Shown piece by piece: positions 1 through 13,135 of a DNA stretch of 64,000 nucleotides (the stretch's first letter is position 1; the number at the start of each line of letters is the position of its first letter). Origin of the DNA: Camelus dromedarius (taxonomy: Eukaryota); NCBI RefSeq assembly GCF_036321535.1, contig NC_087437.1, positions 32,924,001-32,988,000 on the forward strand, given 5' to 3'. The position numbers were made by a program, and so were the translations under genes. Below the pieces are notes generated by a model. That model did not search any database. It had not been told where the DNA came from and saw only the letters and a list, made by a program, of their open reading frames with translations.

Positions 1-89
1 AGAACTATAAAATATAAGTGGTTCCAATCATTATTTCAGAGCCATTGATTTTGGTTCTTTTCTTGGCTAAATTTTTCTGATTTAAGAAT

Positions 90-325
90 CACTTCAGGTG
101 TCATCTTCTCCTGGAAGTCTTAGTTATCCTCCACCAGACTGAATTAGTTCTGTATTCCCTTTGCATATCTGTATTAGAGATCTTAACTACTACACTGTTA
201 ATAAAAATGGATTTTCTAGTCTGCCTCCTCTGTTGGACTTTGTTACTTAGAACTTCCATAGGTCATCTCTCTCTATCTTCACCACCTAGAACAATGCATA
301 AAATAAGTCTTCTCTAATAAATAAA
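90..325 (+). mobile_element. L2 LINE 3' end, degraded
   Basis: aggtgtcatcttctcctggaagtctt ... cctagaacaatgc ... aataaataaat resembles the L2 3' consensus. Confidence 0.55.
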
Positions 326-1140
326 TAAGGTAATGGGGATAGGGAGGCCTTATCCCCCTTGGTACTATTCTCTCCAATAAATCATTCCCTTAAAGAATTA
401 AGTTAAAAGTTTACTAATCTTCGTTACTGAGCTGGAAGATCAATTATACAGGAACATTTTTATAATTGACAGCTTTTACAGTTAATTTCTCTCTAATTTT
501 CATTTAAAAACTATCCTTAAATTTTTTCTTGTTTAGACTTTCTGGTATTTGATCATGTTAAACAAAAAAAAGCAGATTGCAAATTTTGGGGGGTGTTTAT
601 CACTTTCTCGCAAGCAAATCCCTTCTCTAAGAAGTATTAACTTAGTTCTTCAATAGGTGGGATAAAATGAAATTTTGGTCAGGTTTAACCCCTGAACGTC
701 CCTTTAGGAATACAAATGAATCTTCTGTAAACACATTGAATAGAAGTTCTGTTAGGTGTCATTCATGATTTCATTGTCAGTTAAAAGTATCCTCCGTAGT
801 CCCTATATTTGCTTCTAGACAAATAATGAATCTTTCTCATTGTGTTTCCTAGAAGACAGTGTGAGGCAGGCAAGCAGGGAATATATCAACTGTCTCTCTT
901 ACTGTCATCTCTTTTCTTTTAATTTATACCTCTATGACCTGCTTCCTGTTTGCAAAGAGATAGGGTTTGAGAAATAGTCAAGTTTTGTTTTATTCTATTA
1001 TTTAATTCATTCTTTTTGTTTTTTTGATGAAATGATCTAGCTTGAAAGAGCCTACTGTGTATTTGAAAGCTATTGTTTTCATAGACTATGAAAAATGCTT
1101 TTTCAATCATGTGTCCTGCTACTTTTTGCCTTTTGCAGAA

Positions 1141-1347
1141 TGTAGTGGGTTTGGTTTGAGGCTCTGGAGGCAGACTGCCTCTTTTAGTTTTGGCTCTATC
1201 ATTTACTAGCTAAGTGACTTTGGGTAATTACTAAACTTTCCCCACTGGTAAAAAAAATGGGATATTAATACTGAGAATTAAATAAGTTAATATATGTAAA
1301 ACACTTAGAGTAATTGCCAATACATGATAACTCAGTAAATATTGGCT
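1141..1347 (+). mobile_element. MIR SINE
   Basis: ggctctggaggcagactgcct ... atttactagctaagtgactttggg ... atatgtaaaacacttagag corresponds to the MIR core and tail. Confidence 0.8.
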
Positions 1348-1929
1348 TTTGTTTATAACTATGTTATCAGTGTTATGTAAGTTGATTGAACCAGAACTCA
1401 CTGTAGAAAGAGAACAAAAACTATTGGTTTTTTTATCTCAGAACAATTTTACATCTTTGCTTCTTCAACAAGATGAAGAGCCCGATAAAAGTAATATTTT
1501 GAGTTATATTAAAACAAATTATTATAATTAGTTCACTGAAGGCTTCATTAATATAATATTTGACTTCAAAATACATAATTTGCATAGATTTGCACTGATT
1601 AACTATTCCTAAGTTGCTTTTGCCTTATTAGATTTTTAATTACCCTTTGATTTTAAAGTTTTATGGGATTTCAGATGTGATATACCTAAACGTTTCCTTT
1701 ATTGTTTCACAAACTTTTCTGAGTGTTCAGAACATATGGCCGTATCTTTTATCCCAAAGATTATTTAGTCATTTCATACTTTGAATTACCATCCTATTGA
1801 TATTTTATATAGAATGATTTCCTTTATTTACTTTCTAGTTTCCTTTTTTCTCTTTTTCTTTTATCTTTCTTTTTGTGTACCTCTCAACTATTTTGATAGT
1901 TTCCATTTGTGTCAGTTTTTTTAATTTTT

Positions 1930-2382
1930 ACTTTTTTATGGAAGTATACTTGATTTACAATATTGTGTTAGTTTCAGGTAATACAGCAAAATGATTCAGT
2001 TGTATGTGTACTTTTCAGATTATTTTCCATTGTAGGTTATTACAAGGTATTGAATATAGTTTGCTGTGCTATGCAATAAATCCTTGTTGCTTATGTGTTT
2101 TATGTATAGTAGTTTATATCAGTTAATCCCATACTCCTAACTTTTCTCTCCCCACCCTCTCTTTCCCCTTTGATAACCGTAGGTTTGTTTTCTATGTCCA
2201 TGAGTCTGTTTCTGTTCTGTATATAGACTCATTTGTATTATTTTTCACATTCCACATATAAATGATGCCATATAATATTTATCTTTCTCTGTCTGACTTA
2301 TTGCACTTAGTGTGATAATCTCTAGGTCCAGCCATGTTGCTGCAAATGACATTTTATCCTTTTTATGAGTGAGTAGTATTCC

Positions 2383-2423
<41 letters not shown>

Positions 2424-3070
2424 TCTTCTGAAGACATCCATCTGTTGATGAACACTTGGGATGTTTTCATGTCTTGGCTATTGAAAGTAGTGTTACTATG
2501 AACATTGGGGTGCATATCTTTTTGAGTTAGATTTTTGACTTTTCTGGATATATGCCCAGGAGTGGGATTGTTGGATCATACAATAGCTCTATTTTTAGGT
2601 TTTTAAGGAACTTCCATGTTGTTTTCAATAGGGGCTGCACCAAATTACATTGCCACCAACAATGTAGGAGGGTTTCCTTTTCTCCACATCCTCTCTAGCA
2701 CTTACTATTTGTAGACTTTTTGATGACAGCCATTCTGACTGGCATGAGGTGATACCGCACTGTGGTTTTGATTTGCATTTCTCTTTGATTAGCAGTATTG
2801 GGGATCTTTTCATGTACTTTTTGGCCAACTGTTTGTCTTCTTTGGAGAGATGTCTGTTTAGGTCTTCTGCCCATTTTTTTTTGATAGGGTTGTTTAGTTT
2901 TTTTTTATTTTGGGTTGTATGTTTGTATGTTTTGGGTATTAACGCCTTGTTGGTAGCATTGTTACTGAATATTTTCTCCCGTTCCATAGGTTGTCTTCAT
3001 TTTGTTGGTGGTTTCCTTTGCTGTGCAAAAGCTTGTAAGTTTGATTAGGTCCCATTTGTTTATTTTTGCT
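1930..3070 (-). mobile_element. 5'-truncated L1 (artiodactyl-type 3'UTR plus ORF2 C-terminus)
   Basis: A T-rich tail is followed by gaagtatacttgatttacaatattgtgttagtttcagg. The minus-strand ORF 2625-2987 contains the L1 ORF2 relic [20 protein letters not shown]. Confidence 0.92.
2385..2422. repeat. (TG)19 microsatellite within the L1
   Basis: Perfect TG run read directly from the sequence. Confidence 0.97.
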
Positions 3071-3074
3071 TAAT

Positions 3075-3545
3075 ACATGGCCCCCAAGTTCTTTGGCAGT
3101 TCTCCCTTTGAGGAGTTGAGTCTGTGTCCTCCCCCTTTAAATCTGGGCTTTGTGACTCCTTGACCATTAGAATACAGCTAAGAGATACTCTACCAGTTTC
3201 TAGGTGTGGGCTTTCAGAAACCGGCAGCTTCCACTTCCTGTCTCATGGGATATTTGCTTATGGAGACCAGCCTCCATGCTGTAAGGAAGCCAAACAGACT
3301 TCTGGAGGGGCCACATATAAGTGTTCTGACTGAAAAGTCCAACTGAATTCCTAATCCATAGCCAGCAATAACCACAGGCATGAGTGAGCAAGCCTTCAGA
3401 GAAATTCAGCCCACCAGCCATCAAGTCCATCCCAGCCTTTGTGTTGCCCCATTTGATGCTACATGGTGTGGAGCTACTCTGCCTGAACCTTGCCAAGGGG
3501 CAAATTTGTAAGCAAAGTTAATGACTGTGATTGTTTGAAGCATTT
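3075..3545 (+). mobile_element. MaLR LTR (MLT1F/G/H-like)
   Basis: Contains the MLT1 motifs gcagcttccacttcctgtctc, ccatgctgtaaggaagcc, gagtgagcaagccttcag and gattgtttgaagc. Confidence 0.8.
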
Positions 3546-4384
3546 GACCGTGGAAGTCATCTGGTATTTTCTGCACAGGAATAAACTCTTTAGAATATTC
3601 ATGAAAAAAATGTAAGCTCTATAATAGGTATAAGTAAAACAAAAAGAATAATTTCATTCTTCTTTCCATCTCTTTGAATATGTATATATATGTTATTTCT
3701 TATACTTTCACTGACTATAATAACTGCCACTTTTCTTAGCATCTTCATCATTATTATTGTCTTATTTCGTGTAGAACAGAGATGGCAAATATGGATCCTC
3801 ACTCATTTAGGCTGCATGTATAACATAGTGCTGGTTGATCAGTGTACTTTTTCATGCTGAGTCCAGATATAACTTCAGAATTCTCAATACAGTACTTCAT
3901 ACTGTTAGTACTAGTGCCATTGAAATGGTCATATGAGATGAGACTTACAGTTTATAAAATATTTTGTAAATCCTTCTAAATTTTACATATAATATCATCA
4001 TCATGGATAATTCTCTCCCTTCCCAACTTGGCCCCCCAAACTCACAAAGCTACCTTGATGCCACAGTCTCTCTGCTTATTTGAAGGCATTTCTTTTATTT
4101 TTGAGAGGTCTCTGCTTCACTTACAAATTTTTTTCCTTTTTCATTTTTTAGCCTCTCGTGTAGCCTTTTTTCCTGTATTCAGTCAAAATTTACCTACCTC
4201 TGTGGAAAAATATTACTCTGAGATTTCCCTAAGGGGACAGTATGGTAAGTGGGAAAAACTATTACAATTTTCTATGAAACAGTTTCACTTTGGGAAAAAA
4301 ATATGAGCAGTAAGTACATGACTGATGAGGTTATTTGCAAAATTTTCTAGTACATCTGAGAGAATGATTATGTAAGGGAACTTA

Positions 4385-4495
4385 AATTGGTTGAGGCCAT
4401 GCTGTGTCCCTGGTGCTGGACAGCTTATATACTTTGACTCATTTGATCATCAGAATACACCTACAGGGAGAATATTACTATCTAAATTTTTCCAT
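4385..4495 (-). mobile_element. MIR fragment
   Basis: tgactcatttgatcatcagaatacacctacagggagaatattacta resembles reverse MIR. Confidence 0.45.
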
Positions 4496-4499
4496 TTAT

Positions 4500-5240
4500 A
4501 TAGATTTATTAATCATTTGTTCTTATTCATCTATTAATTTATTCTTCTATAAATTATTTGAAAGATTCTATAACAAAGTAATAAAATGGTGATGTGTTAA
4601 TTTTTAAAAATCACAAAAAGGAAAGATATACATTAATCAGTTAAGAGCAGGAGAAAAATAGAGCAAAATTCACCCATCAAAAGATTGCCTTATAGAGTTG
4701 CTGTCGCTTGTTCTAGGTTTTCTGACAACTAAAGCCAAAAGCAGATTATCAAAGAAAACTAAGTTTCACTGCAAAGCTTTCCCTAAAAGGGAATTCTCAC
4801 ATGGGGCTTCATGTGAGAAAAATCCTTCATGTCAAGGATTTTTTTTTTTTTGTTAAATGAAATATTATAAACATTCAAGTGCTATTTTATGTGATTATTA
4901 TTGTCTTAGTATCATCATTATTACTGTGTGATACCGTACATAATGTCCTCAATATCATAATTACAAGAAATGAAATAGAATGTTTCACGTACCTCTCAGT
5001 CTTAATGTCTATCGATAAAAGCCACCAAAAAGCACCATAGTGAAATTTAGCTTGTTAGGAAAATATGATCCAAGAATATAGTATTCTGATGGATCTGTGT
5101 GAGTCTAATTAAAACACAGTATATATGGAGAAACAAAGAGAATGCCTGTTTTATAATAATTCTTCCTATGTGAGCTTTCTTTTAACCAGGCTCTTAAACT
5201 AGCTGAGTAGGAGTTCTTTCGATCTTCTCTGCTCTTAGAA
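4500..5240 (-). mobile_element. Possible ancient L4 (RTE-X) LINE fragment
   Basis: aattctcacatggggcttcat and cataatgtcctcaatatc (IEDIM on the minus strand) resemble my recollection of the L4 3' region. Highly diverged. Confidence 0.35.
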
Positions 5241-7159
5241 AGGTCTGAAGTGTAAATACTCTATGTGGTTGATTCAGGGGGTGGATTCTTCAACTTTAGA
5301 GATAAAACAAACAAGTGATAGGTTGACATTCTTTTATGGAAATCCAGGAACCTAAAGAGTACTCCTACCTAGATAGCCTCTTACCTCCACAGGAAGATAG
5401 ACCAAGAAGGGGATACTTTAGGAAAGCCCAGAGTTTCTCTCTAGTATCGATGCTGCATCCACCTCAGGATGAGAACATATGAACAAAATAGTTCCCAATT
5501 TTTTACAGCCTTGAGCAGAGCAGAAATTTCCATATCATTTCATACTTCATCTTACTAATTTCCCAGTCCTAAAAAATTCTCAGTAGTGTTGCCATCAAAC
5601 ATCAAACTTGAGAAAGCTTCCCAGAAAAAGTGACTAAGATTAATTTGTTCGTTTGATTAAAAATTTGAGATTAAGTAAAGTACCAAGTGATACTTTTCTG
5701 CCATCAAAACTGTTCAAAGCCTCTGTTCTCACCAACCAGTTTATTGGAATTAATTCCAAGCAAGTTATCTCACTTAGATAGACTCAAAATATGGTTTACT
5801 CTATCTTTAAAACACCCAATTCAAGTTTTAAAGCAAGTGAGCTTTATAAGGCAACATTACTAAGTGCTAGTAAGAAAGGGGTTTAGGATTTTTGACAGTC
5901 AGGACTGTTTTTCCAGCACTAAAAAGCTGAAAGCAAAGTAAGCATTGTAGATATCAACTAGAGTCTATGCCATGATTTTTTAATGGCAACTAAAAGTAAG
6001 GTTTACCTTGAAAATATTTAACATGAAACTTTTAAATTTTGCTAATTACCTGGTTCGGAAAAGTCCACTATTAAGTACCCAATTGAATTTGCCACATTTT
6101 AATGAGTATCATTACAAATATATTTGAATTGTGTCAATTACATTTCTATCAAATTTTAGCAAGTGTTGAAATTAATTATAATTAATATAGTCATAGGAGG
6201 AGTAAGTGAAACATTTAATATGTAAACTTTTATAAAGATTTATCATGAAGTTATTGTGAGATGCAAGGACCCTACTGATTAGTACTTATTGCTATGACTT
6301 TGTGTATCTCCTTATCAATTTTTTTTCATCAGATGGAAGAATTGATATTCTGGCTCTCAGATGTGGTCTTAGGATCACAACACAATGCACAAGTGGACAA
6401 TGGCCAGTTATGGAAATCATTTAAGCAAATAATTCTTTACTATCTTTAGTGACAGTTTTTTTGTAACTAACTAAAAACTTGAGTTCTGTTTTTGTTAATG
6501 ATTTTTATTCTTCTAAGAGAGGTGAAGAGAGTGTGCCCTGAGGTATAGTACTGATCCACTTTGAGTAATCTCAAAGTTAAGTAAGTAGGTCACTTAACCC
6601 CGTGACCAGAAAGTCAACAGAAGTTATTTTCCAACTTGAAAATCGTGTGATTTGTGCTATTTATTTCCTAAAAGATTTGAAACAATGACACTTACAGTTT
6701 GGATTTGTGCCTGCTTCATATTTAGGCTGAGCAGGTAATGATGCCCATCCCTTTGTGCTACCTTTATAGATTTGAAGATATAACACTTTGTTGTAGCATA
6801 CAGCTCCCCACAAAATAGACTTATGTCTTCTAAAACCCAAAGATAAAATAGAATCATATAATAGACGCTTTAAATCTGGCACAGAAGAGACTAATGCAGC
6901 ACACTAAAAGTTTAGCCCTTTATACTAGCAACGAGTTTTACTGTAACTTTTAACAATCCTTTGAAATAGGTCAAGGTTGTTCTCTAATGCAGATACACAC
7001 ACGCACTTTTATTCTTTCTCATTTTCTCCTGTACCTTCCTCTGCCCCTCCATCTCTCCCTCCTTTCCTTCTCATAGGCAAGACCCAAAAAGCCTCATCTT
7101 ACAAAAGGAAAGTGTTTTGGCATGTGTGCTCCGCATGCAGCACAATCAGTTACATGTTA

Positions 7160-7250
7160 CGTCAACAAATGTCATTATCTCATGTATGCCAGGCATTGTG
7201 CTAGGCACTGGGGGGTAAGGTAAGCAAAATTAACCTGAACTCTGTCCTCC
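7160..7250 (-). mobile_element. L2 3' end fragment
   Basis: tatgccaggcattgtgctaggcactggggg is the reverse L2 tail. Confidence 0.7.
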
Positions 7251-7429
7251 ATTTAGGTTAAGTGGTGACACACCCTTTATGAATATGGAAACAAATTTGG
7301 CTGAGAATACTGAAGATCATGAAAAGATTTAAAATGATTTGTCTGAGACTCAGTAAATTCACCAAGCAGATCAGAATCTGTCAGGATCCTACAACTCTCT
7401 GGTAATCTAAGGAACTATGAACATTTGTG

Positions 7430-7625
7430 ATTAGCAATGTGGAAAGATTACTGTTCTGAGAGTAATAACGTCTTGGTTCTTGGACTGGCTCTGCCACTAA
7501 TTAGCTGTGTCACTTTGAACTAGTCACTTAACATGTCTGGGCCTCAATTTTTCTTATCTGTAAAAATGAGAGAAATGAGCTAAGTGTTCTCTAAGACCCT
7601 TTTCAAATCTTAAGAGTTTATGATT
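7430..7625 (+). mobile_element. MIR (MIRc/MIR3-like)
   Basis: ggctctgccactaattagctgtgtcactttgaactagtcacttaac ... tctctaagacccttttcaaatct. Confidence 0.85.
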
Positions 7626-7685
7626 ATCCAAATGTACAAAGCCAATCTAAATGAAATTCCTAGTTTTCTTAAAGATATAACATTT

Positions 7686-7724
7686 TATATATATACACAC
7701 ACACACACACACACATACACATAT
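7686..7724. repeat. Compound (TA)n(CA)n microsatellite
   Basis: tatatatatacacacacacacacacacacatacacatata read directly. Confidence 0.9.
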
Positions 7725-7834
7725 AAAGTAATAGCTTTTCTGTATACTTGTCATTATGGATAAACTATAATAAAAAATCTAATTCATGTAGCAATAAAAG
7801 TATAAAATAACTAAGTAGATTTCACTGGTAATTA

Positions 7835-8700
7835 AAAATATTTTACTGAGCATTTACTTTGTGCAAACAACACTATTAAATGCTAGGAGACAGTCAAGGA
7901 GCCTGCCTTCATGGACTTAAGTTCTGGTGGGGAAAGCAAACAGAAGATAGTTATTTGTACAATTAATAAGTTGATAATAATTTTTATAAATGCAGTGAAA
8001 GAAAAAACTAGACTTATTAGCATCTCACAGCCAGGGCTAAAAAATTCATTTATCTTTCTTTCCTTCATTCAACAACAATTTAAGTGCAGTTTGCCTTGGA
8101 CTGAGGATGGTTTTCTCAGGATATGAGGTTTTCAGTGTTAAAACTAGGAAAGTCCCAGGCAAACTAGGACATTGATCACACTAAGGCCATGGTATATTTT
8201 AAAAAGAAAGAAGACAAGTGTGGATGGACTCATAAGGAATAAGTTGATTGAGAATAGCTTGAAAGAAGCTGATAAGGTAGGCAAAGGATAGATGATTTAT
8301 GGCCTTATAAACCAGGTTAATGTTTAGGGTTTTGCTTTTTTCCCCTTAGTGGAAAGCCATTGTAGGGCATGGCATGATTACAATTCATTCTTAGAAAATC
8401 CCCCTGCCTGTAGTAAGAATGGCAGATTTGGTGGTGATGGTATAGGCTGTGGTGGTAGTGATGATAAGGTTATCACAAAACTAGTTTTAGAAAGATTAGT
8501 AAAGTTATTGCTGTCATTAAAGTAAAAGATGATGAAGGGCTTAGGGTAATGGCAATAAAGATGGGGAAAAGTAGACAGATTTAAATATATGATATATTAG
8601 AGGTAGAATTGATAAAATCTAGAATTAATGATTGTGAGAAGGTCGGGTAATGATAGAGTAATTGGCACCTAGAGAATTTGAGATAATAGAATATTCCTAA
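7835..8700 (-). mobile_element. L2 LINE, degraded and interrupted by a MER81-like element
   Basis: The reverse L2 motifs ttactgagcatttactttgtgcaaac, cctgccttcatggactta and ggaaagccattgtaggg are present. Confidence 0.7.
8087..8183. mobile_element. MER81-like hAT-Blackjack MITE fragment
   Basis: ttttcagtgttaaaactaggaaagtcccaggcaaactaggacattgatcacacta matches the MER81 end after CpG decay. Confidence 0.7.
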
Positions 8701-9278
8701 AGAAGTGTTGAGGGGATGAAGTGACCTCAGGCTATTGAAAAGACTGCATAAGACATATGGGAACATTGCCTTAAAAATGTAGCAGAAAGTTGACTCTTGA
8801 AATATAGTATCACAAAAGAATAAGAAAATGTTAAACTGCATTTACTATGTGCTATCACTAAAATACATGGAAAACATATGCTATCTGAAATAAGAGGAAA
8901 AGAAGAAAAAAAAAGGAAAAGGAAAATGGAGACAGACCAGCATGATGATAACCGCATGTCATTTAGAGCTTGAAAGTTTGCCTTCAGATCCAGGCTTCAC
9001 CATACTACTTATCAACACTAGGATTTTAGTTTGCTGTTTAGTTTTGTAGAATCATAAGGTTCTTCATAAATAATAAAGAAAAACTAAAATGATGCCAAAA
9101 TTTACAAAAAGAGTATAAAACTGCAAAAAGAAAAATACAGATTAATGTCTATAATACAGGTTTAAAAGCCCTAATAAAAACTACAAAGAATAAATCAACG
9201 CATGACAGCTACAAATTTTCAGCGATTTGAAAAAAAGTAAAGTCATATCCTAACTCCACACCATAGAAAGTAAATAAA

Positions 9279-9498
9279 TAAGGGTGAGGCCCTAATCCAA
9301 AAGGACTCGGTGTCCTTATAAGAAGAGAGACACCAGGGATGTGTGTGCACAGAGGATAGGCCATGTGAGGACATCGCAAGAAGGTGGCCTTCTTCAAGCC
9401 AAGGGGAGAAACCTCAGGAGAAACTAACAGTGCTGGCACCTTAAATTCCAGCCTCCAGAACTGTTGAGAAAATAAATGCCTGTTGTTTAAGCACCCCG
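9279..9498 (+). mobile_element. MaLR LTR fragment (MLT1A-like) inside an old L1
   Basis: gccctaatccaaaaggactcggtgtccttataagaagag ... ccagcctccagaactgttgagaaaataaatgcctgttgtttaagc. Confidence 0.88.
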
Positions 9499-9860
9499 GC
9501 CCCCATAGAATAAACTATAAAATAAATTAAAATGATTCAAGAGAGAAAACAAGGTATATAAACCATAACATAATAACAGAATAGGATGAAAAATGTATAG
9601 GCAAATTATTGGTTCTAGATTTGAAAACAACTTGCTCAGCTGACCATCAGGAACCATACATGGCAGAGTGTGTAAGTCATTTCTCAAAATTTTCTTAAAC
9701 AGAAGAACTCAAAAGGTAAGTTATTAAAAGAAAAAAATTGTGTTTTTGCTGTGTGGTTCATACATTGTTAAACATTTTTCCCCAGCTACCCATCCCCAAT
9801 CTTAGAATAGAGGAAGCATTTCTTTATTTTTTTTGGAGGAAGCATTTCTGATGGGGTGTA

Positions 9861-9864
<4 letters not shown>

Positions 9865-9902
<38 letters not shown>
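9865..9902. repeat. (TG)19 microsatellite
   Basis: Perfect TG run read directly. Confidence 0.97.
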
Positions 9903-9906
<4 letters not shown>

Positions 9907-9959
9907 GTTTTCATCAGAATTTTTTTAATGTATATAAACTAAACCAGGAGATGTTTTCA

Positions 9960-10830
9960 TTTTTTAATATAGAATTTTAAAGCTCCATTCAAAAATCATA
10001 TTGTAGAGCAGATTGTCAAAAGTAGTTGAGACAACTTTGACTTTGAAGGAGAAAGAGGAAGAGGAAGGGTGAGGATTTATCCTACCAAATAAGATTCTGT
10101 ATAAAAGTTAAAATAGTGTCATCAGTGGAAAGGAATAGAGAGCCCAGAATCATCTCCACACCCATATGAGAACTTGCTATTACATATAAATGAGGGAAGG
10201 ATTTTTTAATATATATATAATAGTATTGAAAGAATTTATTATTCATATGGAAATTTCAGAAAGCTTAAATGTAAAAAATGAAATTTTAAAACTTACAGAA
10301 GAAAATGGAGATTAGATTTGCAATCTACGTATAGGGAAGGATTGTTAAATAAAATATGGTATTTAAATATATAAATTTTAAAATACAGTAAAATTAGACA
10401 TCTCTGGTAAAGGCACAATATAGTGAAAAGATTTGAGCTACACTGGGATAACATATGCAATGTGTGGATCTGACAAATGGTTAACATATACAATATATAG
10501 AGTAGCCTTTCAAATCCTATAAATCAGTAAGAAAAAGAAAAACAATCTTACAGTAATACAGGCTGAGGATAGAAGTTCTGAGGAGAGTAAACCCTAGTGG
10601 CCAATTTTTGAAGAGACAGTCTCTCTACAAATCAGAGAAATGCATCTATTAAAAAAAAGAGAATGTCATTTCAGACCAATAGTTTGTCAAAAATTAAGAA
10701 ATCTGACAATACTAGATGACAGCAAGAATATAGGGAAATAGACTTGGTGAAATACTAACATCTGTTAATTTGAATGGTATTATAGTATTCTCTGTATTTT
10801 AATCAGTTTGAAATATTTCATTACTTACTA
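9960..10830 (+). mobile_element. Old L1M (L1ME-like) ORF2 3' region
   Basis: A-rich, with atcagtggaaaggaatagagagcccagaa, aaatcagtaagaaaaag and aatcagagaaatgca, typical of the L1 ORF2 3' half. Confidence 0.7.
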
Positions 10831-11059
10831 ATTTTCTAACTAAAATGTCCGGTGAATTTAGTGATAGTCAATGAAGAGCAATTTGGTTGACTGATAAAGT
10901 TAGAAGCCATATTGGAATGGACGAGAGAATGAATGGGTGTTGAAGGAGTGAGACAGAGTTAGACAACTTCCTCAAATATTTGTGTCTAAAGAGAAGAGTT
11001 GAAGAGGAAAGGGGACTAAAATGAAAGGTCACAAGCTAGATGAATAGCTATTAAACTTT

Positions 11060-11450
11060 ACGGAAACACAAAAATGATTTAAATAAATGAAAACACATAC
11101 TGTACTTTTAGATGGGAAAATTCAATATTGTGGAGATTTCCATTTTCTCCAAAGTAATGCATTACTTTAGCACAGTTATTCAAAATCCCAACAGGATTGT
11201 GTGTTTATTTGTAGTTTTGGTTTTGGGGGAGTTGTGGGGATTTAGCAAAAATTATACTAAGATTTATCTAGAAGAAGAATTTCATGAATATAGCCAAAAA
11301 ATGTAAAGTCATAATAATGAGATTGATTTGACTTGACCAAATATTAAAGTATATGGATTACTTGTGTAGGAATCACCAGTCAGATCAGTGAAATATAATC
11401 AAGAGTTCAGAAAGAGATCAAATTACATATGGAAATTTGTAATATATAAT
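11060..11450 (+). mobile_element. Old L1M ORF2 fragment
   Basis: The ORF at 11112-11306, MGKFNIVEISIFSKVMH, resembles L1 ORF2 GRINIVKMAILPKVIY. Confidence 0.75.
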
Positions 11451-11499
11451 TAATGATTTTTTGTATTTCTTCCATTTTCCTCATCCGTATGTTTTTTTC

Positions 11500-12060
11500 A
11501 CATAGATGGATTTGTATTCTGCTTTTTTATAACTACTTTTCTATGAGAACAATTTTCCCAACATAATTTTAATTAGCATAATTTTATTGACTGTATAAAT
11601 ATTTGTCCAGAAAGTACATTAGCCACTTGCCTAGATGAATATTTATTCATATTATTGCTTTTTGCTATTAAAATAATGCTTGATGAATATCTTCGTGTTT
11701 TTTTTATTTTTTATAAGCTTATTTTTATTTATTTACTTTTTTTTTGGTAAGGGGGGGGCAATTAGGTTTGTTTGTTTGTTTAATGGAAGTACTGGGGATT
11801 GAGCCCAGGACCTACTGCATGCCAGGCATGCACTCTACCACTGAGCTGTACCCTCCCCCATGCTTTTTTTTCATTTTAAACTTCTTTGATTTACATTTTT
11901 AGAACTGAAATTATTGTAACAAAGAGTGTGAATTATTTTTGGTTCTCAAAATATACTGCTGTATTTCCCTCTATGAAACCACAGCTAGGGAAGCATTTTA
12001 ATATCATCTTCCGTTTCAAACATTACATTTCAAGTCTTTTTTTCCTCCTCACCAGGATGT
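11500..12060 (-). mobile_element. Old L1ME 3' fragment interrupted by a SINE
   Basis: tttttgctattaaaataatgcttgatgaatatctt ... tagaactgaaattattg are reverse L1ME motifs. Confidence 0.55.
11697..11859 (-). mobile_element. tRNA-derived SINE, vic-1-like (camelid)
   Basis: The minus strand reads gggggagggtacagctcagtggtagagtgcatgcctggcatgcagtaggtcctgggctcaatccccagtac (A and B boxes), followed by an A-rich tail. Confidence 0.88.
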
Positions 12061-12319
12061 TAATATTGTTTATTCTGCTTTCCTCTAGGAAAAAAGTTAA
12101 GCTTCCACTCTGTGTTGCATGTATGTAAGTCTAATAAACCTTTAGCCAGGTTGTTTTAGCCATCTTTAGCCTATTGATTTCTTTGAAATACCGCCTCATT
12201 ACATAAATTTTAAGTGATAATGCATACTTGTTTGATCAATACAAGAAACAAATGAAACGAGTAGAAAATAAAATAATTTCATCCTAATCATTAATCTGTA
12301 AAGCTACTCTTAGGAAACA

Positions 12320-12560
12320 GAGTACTAGTGAAGAGCAGAGGCTTTTCTGGGGTCCAGCAACCTGGTCTTGAATCCTGGCTGTATCACCTAGAAACTGTGT
12401 GACCCCAAGTAATGTGTTATACCTCTCTGCACCTCAGTTTCTTTAACTATGAATATAAAAACCACATCGGGTTCTTGTGAGCATTGAATGAATTAATACT
12501 ACATGTAAAACATTTAGAAAGCTGCCTGACACCTATTAAGGGTTCCATAGATGTTGAATT
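12320..12560 (+). mobile_element. MIR SINE, near full length
   Basis: ttgaatcctggct ... ctgtgtgacc ... acctctctgcacctcagtttc ... atgtaaaacatttagaaagctgcctgacac. Confidence 0.88.
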
Positions 12561-12589
12561 GGCATCTAACATTTACTCTAATGTTTTTC

Positions 12590-13135
12590 TTATCTGCTTT
12601 CCTGTGTGGCAAAGGCTAGAAAGCAAAAACCTGCATGGTCTAGAATACTTTGCATCTGAAATTCTGGATATGAATTAGGTTCCACCAGTTAAATGTGTTC
12701 ATATGGAGTTTTGAAAGTGGAAGTGGTGTGGAGGCAATCTTCCTGCAACTTCAGCTGTTGCTACTGGCAAGCACAGCTGTGGAGAACTGGTGTACTTTTT
12801 CAGCTGTGTTCCAATGCCTCATCACTAGCTTTGTGCTGGTTGAGAGGCCTGTGCAGTGGTGGCTTCTTGATTTGCAGCTGGAGTAGGGTATTCTTGAGCT
12901 TTTCAGCTCAAGTGCAACCTCCTGATTTTTCACCATCTTGCCTGTGGTAGAGGGAGTCCCTGGCCAGGCTAATCCTAGAGTGTTGATTTGGGCATCATCT
13001 TTGGAGGCCTAGCCCAGAGCCCATGCTTTCAGCCCTTCCAACAGTTGTATAAAATATTCCGTTTCCTATGTAAAATTCGTTTTGCTTCGAGTCTAGAAAA
13101 GTGTGTTTTATTCAACTGTGAAGATCTTGATGGTA
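12590..13135 (+). mobile_element. ERVL solo LTR (LTR33-like)
   Basis: aaaggctagaaagcaaaaacctgcat ... ctttcagcccttccaacag ... ttcctatgtaaaattcgttttgctt resemble LTR33. Confidence 0.7.

Noticed and set aside
2625..3048. 120-aa and 99-aa ORFs
   Set aside because: These are a frameshifted L1 ORF2 relic and its antisense frame, not a host gene.
4818..4851. 10-bp stem (aaaaatcctt/aaggattttt) followed by a T run, resembling an intrinsic terminator
   Set aside because: The context is a mammalian intron, where such terminators do not apply, and the stem is mostly A/T homopolymer.
6333..6580. Possible cryptic exon (ttttttttcatcag|ATGGAAG ... TAA|gtaagt)
   Set aside because: The peptide is not recognisable and there is no independent support. 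Such site pairs are expected by chance in large introns.
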